From Methanocellales archaeon (GTDB lineage Archaea > Halobacteriota > JAWCLZ01): a DNA stretch of 30,753 nt. Of the stretch, positions 28,489 through 30,753 are shown in pieces (position 1 is the stretch's first letter; each line of letters starts with the position of its first letter). The notes below the pieces were generated by a model, which was not told the DNA's origin, made no database searches, and saw only the letters and a program-made list of their open reading frames with translations. The position numbers were made by a program, and so were the translations under genes. Where the stretch lies: NCBI GenBank assembly GCA_038850285.1, contig JAWCMA010000007.1, positions 1 through 30,753 of the forward strand. The letters are read 5' to 3'.

Positions 28489-28550
28489 AATTTTTAATTA
28501 TAATTAAAAAAAATAATTAAAAAATTTAATTTAAAATTTATTAATTAAAT
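28489..28550. terminator. AT-only tract with a 20-bp palindrome, probable bidirectional terminator
   Basis: TTTTTAATTATAATTAAAAA at 28491-28510 and T runs on both strands, between the candidate RNA (+) and the fpoF stop (-). Confidence 0.55.
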
Positions 28551-28558
28551 AGGAGAGT

Positions 28559-29557
28559 TCATCCGCTTTTTGCAGTTTCAGTTTTTGCAGCTACTGTAGC
28601 TGGAGCCGCTGCAGCAGGCTTTGGGGCATTTTCAGTGTGCTTTAGAGTGGTTAACTTTTTAACCACGTCCAGTTTTACCTCTGGCTTAATCTCAAATTTA
28701 TCTCGAATTAAATCAAACATTTGCTTGCCTCTATCGGTGCGTATAAATACTGTGTTCCAACCTTCTGGCGAGCCAACTGAGCCGCATGATATATCTGCGT
28801 AATAAGCAGTGAAATCAAGGCAACTGTGACAAGGAGTTCTCGCTAGGGGCTTTACCTCTTTTAGAGAAACTGATTTCACTACATCAGGCGCGGCATATGC
28901 CCAGAATTTACCCTTAGTGATATTCATCTTGGTTATTTCCCTGCAGGAGAGACCCAGCTTCTTAGCTATGATTTCATTGCATATGGTATCATAGGTGAAG
29001 CTCTCCATGCAGAAGATGCCAACTATTAAGGCAATTCTCTTTTCATATCTCCCCAGTTTGCGGCGAAGTAAATTTGCAGCATGGGCTTGACAGGGCACTC
29101 CAACTACCATGATCTTTTTATACTTCCTTGAGGTTTCGCGCAGGACTGAGAGCACTGGCACGCTACTATACTTCGTACCACTCATTTTTATAACCTCAGC
29201 AGGGGTGGTTATCACCACAGGTGAAGCACGCCAATCTGCATCGCGCTCCACGCCTATAACTGCATCGATTGCACCTATTTCCAGCAGATTCTTTGCAATT
29301 CCAGAGACTGTTGCTCCATCTTGCCCTACAAGTCCACTTCTGGCGATGAACATCTCCTTTATGTTATCAAATTCATTTTCAGTGGGATATGGGTGAAGCA
29401 CTGGGCATACTTCACCGCAGACTTCGCAGGCTATGCAGTCTCCGCCGATCTTTGCCGCATCTGTAACTGTGATCGCGGTGGTGGGGCAGAATGCTGCACA
29501 TCCAGCACACGCGGTACATCGCTTGTTTTTGACAACACCTACGATGGGAATTGCCAT
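28559..29557 (-). CDS. fpoF: F420H2 dehydrogenase input subunit (FpoF/FqoF; FrhB family with N-terminal 2x[4Fe-4S])
   Basis: CTACAGCAAFCP and CIACEVCGEVCP, GQDGATVS, SGTKY, VGVPCQ, GIFCMESF, CHSCLDF, ADISCGSVGSPEGW; directly downstream of mer. Confidence 0.85.
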   Translation of the reverse strand: MAIPIVGVVKNKRCTACAGCAAFCPTTAITVTDAAKIGGDCIACEVCGEVCPVLHPYPTENEFDNIKEMFIARSGLVGQDGATVSGIAKNLLEIGAIDAVIGVERDADWRASPVVITTPAEVIKMSGTKYSSVPVLSVLRETSRKYKKIMVVGVPCQAHAANLLRRKLGRYEKRIALIVGIFCMESFTYDTICNEIIAKKLGLSCREITKMNITKGKFWAYAAPDVVKSVSLKEVKPLARTPCHSCLDFTAYYADISCGSVGSPEGWNTVFIRTDRGKQMFDLIRDKFEIKPEVKLDVVKKLTTLKHTENAPKPAAAAPATVAAKTETAKSG

Positions 29558-29575
29558 TTTATCCCTTCTCTAATT

Positions 29576-30586
<1,011 letters not shown>

Positions 30587-30753
30587 TTAAGAAACAGCAA
30601 TTAAGTTTAAAAGTTTATTGATTTGAGATTATAAATATTACAAAAATATAAAAATAATTTGTTTTTACTGCTTATGCAAATATAACCTAGTTATAAATCA
30701 GCTAAATCAAAGTTTAATTATGACTTTATCTCCTGCTTTCAATTTAAAAATGC

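Overview
Archaeal chromosomal window, mostly AT-rich. Gene content and order (mer-fpoF, fpoO, bacterial-type adk followed by DUF106-cmk-cbf5) suggest a Halobacteriota lineage related to Methanomicrobia/Methanosarcinia; this is inference. Housekeeping genes: argB, alba, purA, Trm112-like, pyrG, XPD helicase, thrS, prs, sufCB/smsCB, adk, cmk, cbf5. C1/cofactor genes: mfnD-mfnF-mfnE, fpoO, mch, fpoF, mer, an AOR-family enzyme and a core-MetE/MesA-like methyltransferase. I found no CRISPR array, transposase or integrase. The strongest unexplained signal is an ORF-free segment of about 375 nt and 54% GC between mch and fpoF (about 28104-28480). It is densely base-paired, has its own TATA-like promoter and an AT-only 3' flank, and lacks the SRP, RNase P and tRNA signatures, so it is a candidate undescribed large structured ncRNA. 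Also notable: a tRNA-Ser(GGA) with a 10-nt intron, three microproteins missed by the ORF track, an orphan fpoO heading the mfn genes, and active-site substitutions in the AOR, MesA-like and HDAC-family proteins. All structures and motifs were read by eye; no folding program or database search was run.
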